Positions 35,180-60,575 of a stretch of DNA of 64,000 bases are shown piece by piece. Within the stretch, counting starts at the first letter, position 1, and every line of letters starts with the position of its first letter. The translations under genes and the position numbers were made by a program. The DNA is from the human T2T-CHM13v2.0 reference genome, Homo sapiens. The stretch is from NCBI RefSeq assembly GCF_009914755.1, contig NC_060936.1. One strand, written 5' to 3'. The notes beneath the pieces were generated by a model. The model ran no database searches. It was not told the DNA's origin and saw only the letters and a program-made list of their open reading frames with translations.

Positions 35180-35724
35180 CTGTTTAGTGAGAAGCAAGGA
35201 GATGATGCAGTGTCAGCGGGGAGTCTCGCAGCTGACACAGGGTGAGTCCTGTCTGACTCCATTTATGTGCAGTCCGGGGATGGGCACGCTAATGTCCAGA
35301 GGCTGAGATCAGGACAGTGACTCACTCGTCAGGAACGACGGGGCACCTGCCAGCTTCCTAGGGTCTGAGATGCCCTACATCTTGAGGGGCTGTGGTGACA
35401 CAGGTGTGCATGTGAGCAAAAATGAATCAGGCTGTGCCCTTCATATTAGTGCACTTGACTGAGAATCGGTTACACTTCAGTAGAAATAACAAAAAACAAA
35501 GGAATAATAAGCGCAAAACTCAGGCATGAGTAGCCTGGTTGGGGAGGTTGGGAGGATGGGATGGGAGGACCACAGATGACAATGAAAATGACTGGGCCGG
35601 GCGCGGTGGTCACACCTGTAACCCCAGCACTTGAAGAAGCTGAGGTGGGAGGATCGCTGGAGGCAGGAGTTCGAGACCAGCCTGGGCAACTTAGTGAGAC
35701 CACCCCCCCCGCCCCCAATCTCTA

Positions 35725-35928
<204 letters not shown>

Positions 35929-36274
35929 TTAGTTTTGGGTGAGGTGGTGATTTACAGGGTGTTCCTTATTTAATTATGCTGTTTATATGTGCTATGTATA
36001 TTATTATGTATGTATTACATAGCAATAAAGAAAAAGGTCTGAGAAGATTATTTAAGTAAACATACAGGAATTCCCAGTATGTTCTTTTTTCTTTTCTCAT
36101 ATACAGTATTTCTTCTTCACGAAAATTTTCAAGCTTAGAAAGGAGTTGACTTGGCTGGGTGCAGTGGCTCACACCTGTAATCCCAGCACTTTGGGAGGCC
36201 GAGGCGGGCAGATCACCTGAGGTCAGGAGTTCGAGACCAGCCTGGCCAACGTGGTGAAACCCCCATCTCTACTA

Positions 36275-36433
<159 letters not shown>

Positions 36434-36647
36434 TCAAAAAAAAGAAAAAAGAAAAAAGAAAGTAGTTGACTGGGCCTGGCGCGGTGGCTCACACCTGTAA
36501 TCTCAGCACTTTGGGAGGCTGAGGTGGGTAGATCACTTGAGGTCAGGAGTTCGAGACCAGCTTGGCCAACATGGCGAAACCCCGTATCTACCAAAATACA
36601 AAAATTAGCCAGGCAGGGTGGCAGGTGCTTGTAATCTTAGCTACTCA

Positions 36648-37055
<408 letters not shown>

Positions 37056-37417
37056 TTAAAAGAAAGTAGTTGAATGAACAGCCTTTTATAAGCACAGCAC
37101 CTAGATTCCAGCATTGTGAGGGCTTTGGATGTTGCTTTATTTATTTTTGTGCTTGTTATAGCAATTTTGAAATAAAAACAGATATCATGACATGTCTCTC
37201 CTAAATATTTTCTCTCTCTCTCTAAGAAGGTGCACATTTTCCTACATAACAATATCACGATCACATTTGACAAAATTAACAATTCCGGCCCAGGCACCAT
37301 GGGTCATGCCTGGAATCCCAGCACTTTCTGAGACTGAGACTATAGGATCGCTTGAGCCTAGGGTTCAAGACCAGCCTGGGCAACATAGTGAGACCCCTTA
37401 TCTAAAAAACACCAAAA

Positions 37418-37540
37418 ACACAATGATTTTGTAATGTTGTGTCAGACCCATCCATATTGAAATGTGTCCCATCCCCACACACAATGATTTTGTAAGGTCG
37501 TGTGAGACACATCCATATTGAAATGTGTCCCGTCCCCACA
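37418..37540. repeat. 61-bp tandem duplication
   Basis: acacaatgattttgtaa...catccatattgaaatgtgtccc.tccccac at 37418 and 37479. Confidence 0.9.
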
Positions 37541-39046
37541 AAATATCTTTACATGGATTCGTTTGAACGATTACCCCATCCAGGGCCACGTGAGTTGTGT
37601 AAACCTCTTGAGCTACAGTGGCTTCCTATTTCCTCCACGTTGTGAGTGAACTTCGGGGCCAGTTGTCCTGTAATGGAAGCTTGAAGCCATGTGGGCCGGG
37701 GAAGATGAGGAGTACAGGGGCCCGGGAGGCGTGGCTTTGGTTTAGGTGATCAGGGACAGCCCCTTAGGAGGGGACATCCGGCTGAATCCTAAAGTCACAG
37801 AGTGCCAGCCTTGTGCGGTTCCAGCGGAGTATGAGCCTGGCAGGGCTGAGGTGGGAGCTCACATGACTGAGCTTGGCCCGAGGTGTGTGGTGGGCGTGGA
37901 AGGATGGTTAGAAGTTACGTCGTGGGTGCTGAACCAGGGAACGGACATGAGCCCACCCAGGCCTGTGGCTGGCAGGGCCGCAGCTGAGTCACTTGCTGGC
38001 CAGGCTGCAGGCCTGGCTCTGAGCCCTTTGTGGCATCAGATCCTCCATCCTCGAGGCAGCCCATGGGGTTCCCTCCAGGGTCTCCAGGAGCCGCAGCCAC
38101 TCAGCCCCATGCAGGTCTGTCCCCTGCCCCATGGCCATGTGCGCGGACTGGGGTGCAGCTGAGAATGGTTCCCATTCAGGTCCAGGGCCCGGGCATCTGA
38201 CCCTCAGCAGGGCCACAGCAGGGCCACAGCAGGGCCAAGCAGCCACAGGCCAAGCTCAGAGCTGCAGCCCGGGACGCCTGCACCCTCCACGGGGTGCTGA
38301 GGCCAGGCTGGCTCCTGCAGGAAGGGCAGGATACCCACAGGCCAGCGGTGGGAAGGCTGGATGCACGCTGGTGCCACGGCCCAATCCACCAGGAGGGCAG
38401 CGGTGTGAGAAGGGCAAAGGGAAGTGGCCCAGGCCTCACGGCCCACAGTGGGAAAGACAGGGGGAGCCGGCCCGGGATGCCCACAGGTGTGAGGAGCAGG
38501 TGCGCTGGGTGTGGCCGCCCAGACACAGCCTGGCCCGATCCCGGAGCAGGAGTCCCCCCGCCCCCACCTCAGAAGGCTGGGATCCGCCACTGCCCCCTTC
38601 CCCAAGGCTGGACCACATCCCAGGTCCCTGCAGGGGCGGCACAGCAGGTGGGCAAGGGCCACTGCCGGGAACCCCAGCTCTGCCAGGCCCACGTGTGAGC
38701 TCCCCCCAGCCTCCCTTTCTTGTGCACATTCTCTGTACCCCCCAGCAGTGAGTGAGGTCTCCCATCTCAGAGCCCACAGTCAGATTCCCCCACCCCTCCT
38801 CAAAATCCTTGTTTTTTTAGGTGAGATTCATATAATATAAAATTACCCATTTTAAGCATCCAACTCAGTGGCACCGAGCGCATTCAGTGTGTTTCACGAT
38901 CACCACCTCGATCTAGTTCAAAATGCGCCGGAAAAGAAAGCTGGTAACTGTCGGCCAGGCGCGGTGGCTCACGCCTGTAATCCCAGCACTTTGGGAGACC
39001 GAGGCGGGCAGATCACGAGGTCAGGAGATCTAGACCATCCTGGCTA

Positions 39047-39325
<279 letters not shown>

Positions 39326-39567
39326 CTAGATATTTCACGTCAACACAGCCATAGGATGTGTGACCGGTGACCTTCCTTTTCCAAGTCTGCAGTGTATCAG
39401 AAAACAAAAATGTCTCCATATGGTTATACAAATTGTTCCTTGGAAAAAAACAATTCACTGGAACCAAACTTCAGGTGCATCCCTTGGATGGATGTAAATC
39501 CTGGTTCTGGGCACACTCTCAGCATCAGCCTGGGCTGCTTTTCTTTTTTTTTTTTTTTTCTGTGTGA

Positions 39568-39852
<285 letters not shown>

Positions 39853-40085
39853 TGATTTGTAGCATAATGAAAATCCGTGGGTTCAGCAGCCCACTCGATG
39901 TTAACCATGGCTGCCATCTGCCTCTGCGCCTTCTAAACCCTCGCTCCCTCCCCAGGCGGCCACTGTCCTTGATTTGTGCTGCCGTCCCTTGCCTTCCTGT
40001 GTTGAAGGTTTAGCCCTAGGGGCATGCCACACGTATCCATCACAGGTGCATCACGGTGTCGTGTTTAGTTTTTAATTGTTTTTAA

Positions 40086-40435
<350 letters not shown>

Positions 40436-40570
40436 TGATCCACCCTCCTGGCCTCCCAAAGTGCTGGTATTACAGGCGTGAGCCACCATGCCCAGCCATG
40501 AGCCACTCCATCTGGCCCATGCATTTTTCTTACTGCTGCATAATACTCCACTGCAGAAAAATATAACTGA

Positions 40571-40708
<138 letters not shown>

Positions 40709-40937
40709 TGAGTAGCTAGGACTACAGGTGCACCCCACCATTCCAGGCTAGTTCTCTGTTTTGTGCAGAGACAGGTTCTTACTACATTGCCCAGGCTGGT
40801 CTCAAACTCCTGGGCTCAAACAATCCTCCTGCCTCAGCCTCTCAAAGCACTGGGATTACAGGTGCCCATCACTATGCCCGCCTCTTTTCTAGTTTTTTAC
40901 TATTATGAATAGTACTGCTATGAACATCATAAATTGA

Positions 40938-41139
<202 letters not shown>

Positions 41140-41590
41140 TGATTTTGAACTCCCGGGCTCAAACAATCCTCCTGTCTCGACCTCCCAAGTGCTGGAGTTA
41201 CAGATGTGAGCCGCTGGGCCCGGCCATGGTTTTTAAATCCAACAGTGTGGCCGGGTGTGCTGGCTCACGCCTGTAATCCCAGCACTTTGGGAGGCCGAGG
41301 TGGGTGGATCACGAGGTCAGGAGATCGAGACCATCCTAACACGGTGAAACCCCGTGTCTACTAAAAATACAAAAAAATTAGCCGGGCGTGGTGGCGGGCG
41401 CCTGTAGTCCCAGCTACTAGGGAGGCCGAGGCAGGAGAAGGGCGTGAACGCAGGAGGCGGAGCTTGCAGTGAGCCAGATCGCACCACTGCACTCCAGCCT
41501 GGGCGACAGAGTGAGACTCTGTCTCAAAAAAAAAAAAAAAAAAAAAAACTTAACAATGTATATTGAAGTTCTTTCCAGATCTGCATATAG

Positions 41591-41782
<192 letters not shown>

Positions 41783-42062
41783 TAGTAGAGACAGGGTTTC
41801 ACTGTGTTAGCCAGGATGGTCTCGATCTCCTGACCTCGCGATCCGCCCACCTCGGCCTCCCAAAGCATTGGAATTACAGACATGAGCCAGCGCGTCCGGC
41901 CGTTATCTCCTTTTTAATAGCTGTGTAGTACTCCATGAATGGGTACGTCGTAATTTATTTAGTCAGTTTCCCCAAATGAATTTTTATTAAGCTGTTGCCA
42001 GTCTTCTGTTACAACAAAAAATCCTGTATCAAAAAACTAAACAGGCCTGGTGCGGTGGCTCA

Positions 42063-42518
<456 letters not shown>

Positions 42519-43907
42519 TCAGCGCTTGACTAGGGGGCATCAGGGAGAGCCTTGAGAGGGCGTGTTCTCCAGTTGCAAAGAGCCTGTCAGTGCAAAGGCC
42601 CCGCGGCTGCCAGGTGCAGGGGATGGGGAGGAAAGAAGGGGCTGCCCCCATTAGGGGTCTGGGGTTGGTGCAGGTCAGAGATGACAGGGGCTCAGACGCA
42701 GTGATCGGGGGATGGAGACAGGAGGGCAGGACTAGGGAAGGGAGGTGAAGGAGATGGACATTTGGGCTGGATGTTGGGGAGGAGGGAGGGCGTGAGCTCA
42801 GGAGACTCACCTGGGTGTTGGGCCTTGGGTAGAACTGCACCATTTACAGAGATGGGCAGATTCGGGGAGGGCAGGTTTGCCCGCCTACTTGGTGGAACCA
42901 GGGCATTGAGGATGTTGGAGGATTCCACGTTGGAGAGCAGAGGCGTGGGGAGCAGGAGCCTGCCCCGGCCCTGACTCAGCCCTGCAAGGATTCTCCTGCC
43001 TGTGGCGGCTCTGCCTGCCTTCCAGACGTGCTGTGAGGCTGGTGACCTGTCTGTCCCATCATGGGGCCGGCTACCGCTTGTGTCAGGCTGAGTCACAGGC
43101 AAGCTGCAAAGTCCCTGGGGCACTCTAAGGGCCTCTGCAGGAACCAGTCTGGCCGGCTGCAGGCTCCTGGCCAGCTCGGGCCTCATTTGGGAGCTGCTGA
43201 AGTTCAAGGGCTGGAGCTCTCTGGGCTGGGAAGATGCTGGATAAAGCTTGGGTCCCTGGCCCTAGCAGTTCCTGTCTCCCACTGTCTTCAGGCCACACTG
43301 GCCACAGCTCCCAGCCTCCTCCGTCCCACCCTCACCCGGGCCTGGTGGAGAGGCTGGCGGGACTCCCACACTACCGGGCAATGGTGTTCAGGAAAAGTGA
43401 CTTTAGCAAAAGCTTCCTATGCACCCTTTGTGCTCTTGTCCTCCCCTTTCCCTTCTTCCCCCTCCTCACGTCCTTTTTTATTTCAGTGAGACTCACATGA
43501 CACAAAATCAAACATTATGAAGTGCACAACACAGCCGCAGTGCACAGTGCTGTGCAACCACCTCCTTACGCCAGCTCCGAAACGTTTCATCACCCAAAAG
43601 GATATTGCACACCCATTCGCAGTCACTCCTTAAGCGCTGCCCCCCAGGCCCTGACAACCACTTTATTTTATTTTAATTTTCATTATTACTTTTTTAGACA
43701 GGGCCTCACTTTTTTTCCCAAGCTGGAGCACAGTGGTGCAGGCATGGCTCACTGCAGGCTCAAACTCCTGAGCTCAAGCGATCCTCCTGCCTTGGCCTCC
43801 CAAAGTGCAGGGATCACAGGCATGCGCCACTGCACCTGGCCTCACTTCCTATCTCTGTGGATTTGCCTGTTCTGGGCATCTCATATAAGTGGTGTCATAC
43901 GTCATAT

Positions 43908-44683
<776 letters not shown>

Positions 44684-44693
44684 GTCCCCCCTC

Positions 44694-44975
44694 TCAACAG
44701 GAAAACCCAAGTGCTGTTGGGGAGGTTGGCCGACGACCACTGTAACTGCTTCCTGCTGAACTGGGGCATAGTAGGGGTTGTGCAGTTGAGATTTCCTCAG
44801 GAGGGGTGTCTTCAATGTCATCAACATTGGAGCATGGGCTAGCAGGCCGATCCAGGGGTCTGTGGTGGATCTTAGTCATGGACTGCATCTGAGGCTCTAT
44901 TTGAAGAACGATTTGTAGTTTTACAGCTTCAGTTCTGGAAGAGACAAACTTAACAAGGAGGTTAAAGATACAGGG
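44694..44975 (-). pseudogene. HERV-W env remnant (TM end and cytoplasmic tail only)
   Basis: MQSMTKIHHRPLDRPASPCSNVDDIEDTPPEEISTAQPLLCPSSAGSS matches the recalled HERV-W Env/syncytin-1 C-terminus. Confidence 0.88.
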
Positions 44976-44989
44976 ATTAAAATGTATGG

Positions 44990-47898
<2,909 letters not shown>

Positions 47899-48933
47899 TC
47901 AGTCCTGTCCTGCTGCTGGATCATCTGGTTAGTGGCTTCTGACTTAGAGAACCTTCGTCCCCTGGGGCAGTGGGTCTTCCAGTGATTCCCTTGACATAAG
48001 GGGCGTGGACGAGGGGGCGGCTTATTTCTATTCGGACAGTCTTTTTTAAAGTGTCCTTGGAGACCGCACTGGAAGCAAGCCCTATTAGGCATTGGATTTG
48101 CCCAGCCTTTCCGTATTCCAGAGCCTCCACAATCCACTTGCCTGAGGGCCATGACTAAAGGGGTGGCCTTTTTCTTATCTCGTTTGTCCCGTTCCGCCTG
48201 CTCCTCCTGATCTCTATTATAAAAAATGGAGGTTGCCAAGTTCAATAGGGTTTCTAAGTTTTGCTCCAGGCCTAAGGCAGACTTTTGAAGTTTTTTTCTA
48301 ATGTCTGCAGCTGAGTGAGTGAGAAATTTATCCTTTAAGATTAGTTAGCCTTCAGTAGAGTCAGGTGACAGGGAGGTATGCTTCCTCAATGCCTCCCTTA
48401 GTCTCTCCAGAAAGACAGTAGGATTTTCTTCCCTTCCCTGTGTTACAGTGGACATCATTGAATAATTCATAGGCTTCTTCCTAGTTTTCCTTAGTCCTTC
48501 TAGCACACAAGTTAGCAAATGTCTGCAGCACCAATCTCCATGTTCTCATTCTGTGTCCCAATGAGGGTCTACACTGGGAACTGCCTGCTGGCCTGTGGGG
48601 AATCATTCTCTTTCCTCTGTTGTCATCCTATCATCGACCTGACTGAGACACCAGAGATCTCCAAGCTCTCGGGCTGCAGTAATGGCAGCACTTCTCTCAT
48701 TAGGGGTTAGTGTCTGATCTAGCAGTAACATTGCATCTCTCCATGTCAGATCAAAGGATTGTCCTAACCCTCATAAAACATCAATATAGCCATCGGGGTT
48801 ATCTGAGAATTTACCTAGGTCTATTTTAATTTGCTTCAAGTCTGAGAGGGAAAAAGGCACATACACTCTGGCTGGGCCGAATTCTCCAGAATACATCTTA
48901 GGAGCGTTTTTGCCTTAGGGGAACTTTTCCTAT
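47899..48933 (-). pseudogene. HERV-W gag remnant
   Basis: Zinc knuckle CFQCGLQGHFKKDC; the likely start ATG reads ATA (48931-48933); internal deletion near 48880. Confidence 0.85.
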
Positions 48934-50887
48934 CTGGAAAAAGAACATAGGGATGCCAGGACCCCTGGTTATTTTCTGATGAGCGTTAGTCCTAGAGTGT
49001 CCTCTATGTTCCTAATGCTTATTCCTTTCCAGGGTGCGTAACCACCCACGGACCTCTGCTTATTGGATTAGTTACACTCACCGACGTAGCAGGTCCTGCA
49101 CCTGTTTTCCCACCTTTCTTGACCACAAAGAAAGAGGTCCGGGCTATTGATTCTAGTGGTCCTTTAATAGTGTGCCCGACATTGCCTTTACACCCAAGGG
49201 TGAGTTCTAGAGCTGGGCTGGGTTCCTGAGTATTTCATAATAAACCCCAGTTACCCCATCAAGATGCACTCCCATAAACAACAGTTCTTATGCAAATTCA
49301 TTTCAGAGAGGGTGTGGGTAACCTTTTGAGTCAGGATTGAGATAGAGTTTTTTGATTCTGTAAGTACTTTCAGGCTTGGCTGAGTGCAAACAGCTCGCAC
49401 GTTTGAGCAGACCCATTATTAGGCAATTTTCTTAACTCTACTTCTACCAGAGTTTCCCTCAATTACTGAATACCCATTGTGTTTTTTTCTCAATCACTTG
49501 GGAGGAACCATCTATTGTCCTGTCCTGAAGGGAGTTCCTCCTAGGTCTGGTCGGACCTTAGTATGGTAAATAAGATTTAAATCCCCTGTTAGGAAGTCTG
49601 CTGGGTTAAGGGAATTTTCAGTGGTTAACATTAAATTATCTTTCTCTAACAGAATAGCCCCATACTTTAAGATTTTTGAGTTAGTAAGCTACCTTTTTGC
49701 TTTTTTGACTTAGGATAGTTCTGAACTGGTGAGGTGTGCTCACAATGGGGTTTCCTCTAAAGGCTAATTTTCTGCTCTCTTCTGTTAGCAAAGCAGTTGC
49801 CACTACAGATTGAATGCATTTGGCCCCCCAGGGGTTACTGGGTTAAGGATTTTTGATAGGAAGGCTACTGGTTGTCAGTGGCCTCAGTGCTTTCGGGCTA
49901 CACCCTTATTTACAATGACAACAAAGTAGTATTGGAGTGTTATAGGGTCACAGAGAAAACCTTCAGTTATCAATTATAAGTTTTAAATTTACCCTGGCTT
50001 TTAAAGAAATAGGGTACACTGTTTTTTCTTTACTACTTCTTTCTCTCTTATGTTCTCCTTTCTGTCTTTGCAGATGGATTTTTGGAAACAGTGGAAGGAC
50101 GTTCGCTCGTTGCCCCCATTTGCCACTATAGGAATATGTACCTTCCTTTTATTTACTCAATTTACTTATATCCTGATCTATTATGTTGTTGTAGACCCAG
50201 TTCCAATTGTTAAAATACTGGGTTATCAGTTCTAAGGCCTTGGCAAGGGTGGTAGGAGCGGGTCCCACCTAACTGCCCATGTCAAGAGCTGTATGCCTAA
50301 ATTGGGGGGAACACCAGGGACAAGACTCCCTGGGTTCATAGCCTAGGGGCCTAAGGACACAGCGTAGAGCTTCCTTAGATCCCTTTGGAGATACAACCTG
50401 CTCTAATACTTGGGAGAGGAAGTGAAAGTCTGAAGCATTAGTATCTAGGAGGCAGGGATCAGAGGAAGTAGATTCAGCAGTAAGGAGAATTTTGCGGCTA
50501 CACTTTCAAGAAATTCATGCTCAGGACCCAGGAAGTATGGGTCAAAAGGAAAGGTAGGGGTGCATGTATGGACAACTGTTGAGTAGAGACTTCTGGCCAC
50601 ACCATAATCTCAACAGGCTAATGATGGGAGTTCAGGACGACAGCTTTCTGCCTCTAATCAGCCTTCAGCTTCCCCAGAAAGTGGAAGCTGGTTCCAGGCA
50701 GACCACGCTCCCAACCCAGAAGGGTTGGGGGTTGTTAGAAAGCCCTTTCCCAGACAGCCTCACACCTGAGTCTTAAGTCCAGTGTTTTTAACCTGCCAAC
50801 TGGTGCCCGGTATTTTCCTCCAATTCTAAGGAAGGATAGGACAGAATAGCAAGCGAAAGTGGTCCAATATTACTCACCACTTTGGAG

Positions 50888-50905
50888 GTCCCTTCATGAT
50901 CACCA
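50888..50905 (-). other. Primer-binding site, tRNA-Arg-like
   Basis: TGGTGATCATGAAGGGAC just downstream of the 5' LTR; the major splice donor GGTGAGT follows at 50872-50878 (-). Confidence 0.75.
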
Positions 50906-50908
50906 AAA

Positions 50909-51669
<761 letters not shown>

Positions 51670-51758
51670 ATATGTCTTTTTGCGTCTGTCTTCTTTCACA
51701 AGAATCATGTTTTCAAGATTCACCCACGTTGTGTGTGAAAAAAACAACAAGAAAAAAC

Positions 51759-53995
<2,237 letters not shown>

Positions 53996-54641
53996 AACGT
54001 GTAGCTCCTTTAGGAGGAGCCACACCCGCTTCCTGTCCCAAGCTGCTTCCATTCCACAGCCCAGCCCCAGAGAGCTGCAGAAGTCAGAGTTCTGATCTCC
54101 TGAAAAAATCTTTGTCCTCCACTAGGGCGCTTTAGGTAGATCTCGGAGCCACCAGGCTGGATCCTAGGGCCTCCAGCCTCTTTGTTTAAAAAAAAGGAGG
54201 GGTGGGCATGTTAGAGAAGGAAGTGGAGGAAGGGAAGCTTGGCAGCCCACCCTCACTCCTGGGGGTGCCGGAGGGGCATGAGGGAGCCACCAGGCAGGGT
54301 GGGCCTCACCCTTGGCCCTGGAGCAGGCTCCTAGCAGTGGGAGTGGGGACAGCCTGGGGCGCTCGAGGGAGGTCCTGGGCAGCTTCGGTCCTGGGTGCTC
54401 TCTGGGCCCCACCCATGTGCCCTGAGGCTCAGAAAATCTTTTGGTTGTTTTTATGCTGCTAGACAGACTCTGACCTCACACTAGGAATCCTACTCCTAGG
54501 TATTTATACAAATCACATTTGGGAAATGTTCTTAGCAGCTTCACGCATAAATAGCCCAAAGCTAGAACCAGAGAAGTCTGTGAAGAGGCAAATCAATTTT
54601 CCATCCTCCAAGGATGTAGGCTGCTCACTGGAGGTACCTAA

Positions 54642-55300
54642 GGATGGGCCTCCACTCAGCCACGGGAAAGAATGGATCCCGCTCAGCCACAGGAAAGGAT
54701 GGATCCCTCTCAGCCACATGAAAGGATGGCCCTCACTCAGCCATGGAAAAGGATGGCCCCCACTCAGCCACGAGAGAGGATGGACGCCCGCTCACCCACG
54801 GGAGAGGATGGACCCCCACTCAGCCACGGGAAGGATGGATCCTGCTCAGCCATGGGACAGGATGTCCCCTCACTCCGCCACAGGAAAGGATGGCCCCTCA
54901 CTCTGCCACGGGAAAGGATGGCCCTCCAGCCACAGAAAGGATGACCCCCACTCAGTCACAGGAAAGGATGGATCCCCCTATTCAGCCACGGGAGAGGATG
55001 CCCCCCCACCGACTCAGCCATGGGAAAGGAAGGCCCTCCATTCAGCCACAGAAAGGATGACCCCCACTCAGCCACGGCAAAGGATGGACCTCCATTCAGC
55101 CACAGAAAGGATGACCCCCACTCAGCCACGGCAAAGGATGGCCCTCCATTCAGCCACAGAAAGGATGACCCCCACTCAGCCACGGGAAAGGATGGCCCCC
55201 CACTCAGCCACGGGAAAGGATGGATCCCACTCAGCCAAGGGAGAGGATGGCCCCCCCACTCAGTCACGGGAAAGGATGGATCTCGCTCAGCCACGGGAAA
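54642..55300. repeat. ~27-28 bp minisatellite (cactcagccacgggaaaggatggcccc), ~24 copies, inside an old L1M fragment (~54470-55604 +)
   Basis: Periodic ctcagccac...aaaggatg; L1-like flanks on both sides. Confidence 0.92.
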
Positions 55301-55563
55301 CAGCCAGAGGGATGAGTGCACATGGGCCCAAACCAAGACGCAAATGAAGAGACCCGGCTGCAGAGTCCACTTCTGTGGGATTCTAGAAGATGCAAACTCA
55401 TTGATAGCCTTGAAATCAGATCACTTTTGGCCTGGGGTGGGGTTTGAATGGGAAAGAGCGGGAGATAACTTTTGGGCGATAGAAATGCTCTGTGTTGATT
55501 GGGAGTGGATAAATGGGTTTGTACGTTTGTCAAAACTCACTGAACTGAACTCTTAGAATGTGA

Positions 55564-55902
<339 letters not shown>

Positions 55903-56412
55903 GGGAGTAGAGTTTTTAAGGATAACTTGGTTGGTGGGGGGAAGCCAGTGAGCCAGGATGCTGATTGGTCAGAGATGAAATCATAGCAAGTCAAAGCTGT
56001 CTTTCCTCTTGCACTGAGTCAGTTCCTGGGTGGGGGCCACAAGATCTGACGAGCCTGTTTATCCATCTGGGTGGTGCCAGCTGATCCATCAAGTGCAGGG
56101 TCTGCAAAATATCTCAAGCGCTGATCTTAGGAGCAGTTTAGGGAGGGTCAGAATCTTGTAGCCTCCAGCTGCATGGCTCCTAAACCGTAATTTCTAATCC
56201 TGTGGCTAATGTTAGGCAAGAAGGAGGTTTGCTTTGGGAAAGGGCTGTTACCGTCTTTGTTTAAACTGTAAACTACAAGCTAAGTTTCTCCCAAAGTTAG
56301 TTCAGCCTACGCCCAGGAATGAACAAAGACAGCTTGGAGGTTAGAAGGAAGATGGAGTCGGTTAAGTTAGATCTTTCACTGTCTCAGTCATAATTTTACA
56401 AAGGCGATGTCA
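55903..56412 (-). mobile_element. LTR8 5' portion
   Basis: - strand begins TGACATCGCCTTTGTAAAATTATGACTGAGACAGTGAAAG (recalled LTR8 start); preceded on - by ctac and the 5' half of a MER58-like element (56413-56490). Confidence 0.82.
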
Positions 56413-56626
56413 GTAGCACTAAAGAAGGCAGAAACAACCAATAAACGCAGACCATGGCTTCAGGAAAACTTTATTTACAAAAGCAGGCAGTTAACATTCA
56501 GAATACATAACCAACTCCCACAACTCAACAGCAAAAAATCAAGCCACCAGATTACAAAATGGGCAAAGCACTTGAATAGGCATTTCTCCAAAGGAGATAC
56601 ACAAGTGGCCAGTAAGCACCTGCAAA

Positions 56627-58388
<1,762 letters not shown>

Positions 58389-58664
58389 CAAAGATGTTCA
58401 ACATCACTAGTGGTTAGAGAAATGCAAATCAAAACCACAGTCAGGCCGGGTTCAGTGGCTCACGCCTGTAATCCTAGCACTTTGGGAGGCTAAGGCGGGT
58501 GGATCACTTGAGGTCAGGAGGATCACTGAGACCAGCCTGGCCAACATTGTGAAACCCCATCTCTACTAAAAATAAAAAATGTAGGCTGGGCACGGTGGCT
58601 CATGCCTGTAATCCCAGCACTTTGGGAGGCCAAGGTAGGCAGACTGCCTGAGCTCAGGAGTTCA

Positions 58665-59177
<513 letters not shown>

Positions 59178-59244
59178 TCAAAAAAAAAAAAGAAAAAAAA
59201 AAATTTAGCCGGGCATGGCGTGCACCTGTAATCCCAGCTACTCA

Positions 59245-59349
<105 letters not shown>

Positions 59350-60069
59350 TCAAAAAAAAAAACACACACAATGAGATATCAGTTCACACCCATGGGTACT
59401 GTTGAAAGCAACTAAGGGAAAAGAACAAGTGTTGGCTGTGGAGAAAGGGAACGCGTGGGTGCTGCTGTTGGGAAGGTAACATGGTGTGGACCTTGTGGAA
59501 AATGGTGTGGAGGTTCCTGAAGAAATTAAATAACATTCCCTACAATCCAGCAATTCCACTCCTGGGTATATATTCCAAAGAAGTGAAGGTAGGGACCCAA
59601 ACAGTTATCTGTGTACCCACATTCGCAGCAGCATGATTCGCGGTAGTCAAAGGTGGAAATAACCATGCGTCCATCCATGGGTAAATGGACAAAGAAAATG
59701 TCCAGCTCAAGGAGGCTCACGCCTGGAATCCTAGCACTTTGGAAGGCTGAGGCAGGTGGATTGCTTGAACCCAGGAGTTGGAGACCAGCCTGGGCAACAC
59801 AGTGAGACCTTGTTTCTACAAAATATGAAAAAATTAGCTGGGTGTGAAGGCGCGTCCCAGGTACTTGGGAGGCTGAGAGGTGGGAGGTTCACCTGAGCCC
59901 AGGAGGCGGAGGTTGCAGCGAGCTGTGCTCCTGCCACTGCACTCCAGCCTGGGCTACAGAGTGACATCCTGTCTCAAAAAAAAGAAAAAGAAAAAGGAGA
60001 AAGAGAATGTGGTCTATCCATACAATGGGTATCATCCTGCCTTGAAAAGGAAGAATGTTCTGACACACA

Positions 60070-60575
60070 GGACCGTAAAGGCCACAGCTCAGCCCTGGAA
60101 GGACTGTGGAAAAATGAACTCGCAAAAAGCAGGTGAGAAGGAGTGTGCATGTTTATGGAACATGTGCATTCAGGGAGAATCACAGAGCGACTGCCCACAC
60201 CCTCAGGGAGGTCAGAAGCAAAGCAGGTTATGGGAGGTGGGGAGAAGGGCAGCTCTGTTGAGGGGATACACCGGGAGAATGAATGTGTCTGGGAAGAGAG
60301 AGTAACTCCTAGATGGTTCTCTCTGAAGGAAAAGGGTTAACTCGTAGGTGGTTCTCTGAGGGAAAGGATCTGTTCAGGTGTAGCCACATTCTTGCTCTTC
60401 CAGGGAGGGGAAGGAATAAACAATTGTTCTCCTTGGCGGGTCCGGATCTTAGGCAGATAAAGAAGCTTTGACTTTGGGAGAAGTGGGGGGAGGCTGGAGA
60501 GACCTTGAGCGTTTCTTTCTTCACTTCAGCGTGTGAAGGTGCCCTATTTTGGGATATCAATTACTGAGCCCCAAC
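60070..60575 (-). mobile_element. MER39/MER34-like LTR remnant
   Basis: - strand start TGTTGGGGCTCAG...ATCCCAAAATAGGGCAC; interrupts the L1 between ctgacacac and tacaacatagatgaacc. Family assignment tentative. Confidence 0.5.

Noticed and set aside
54526-55556. 273-aa repeat protein, or a CRISPR-like array
   Set aside because: Units are contiguous degenerate tandem copies without unique spacers; no cas genes; eukaryotic L1 context.
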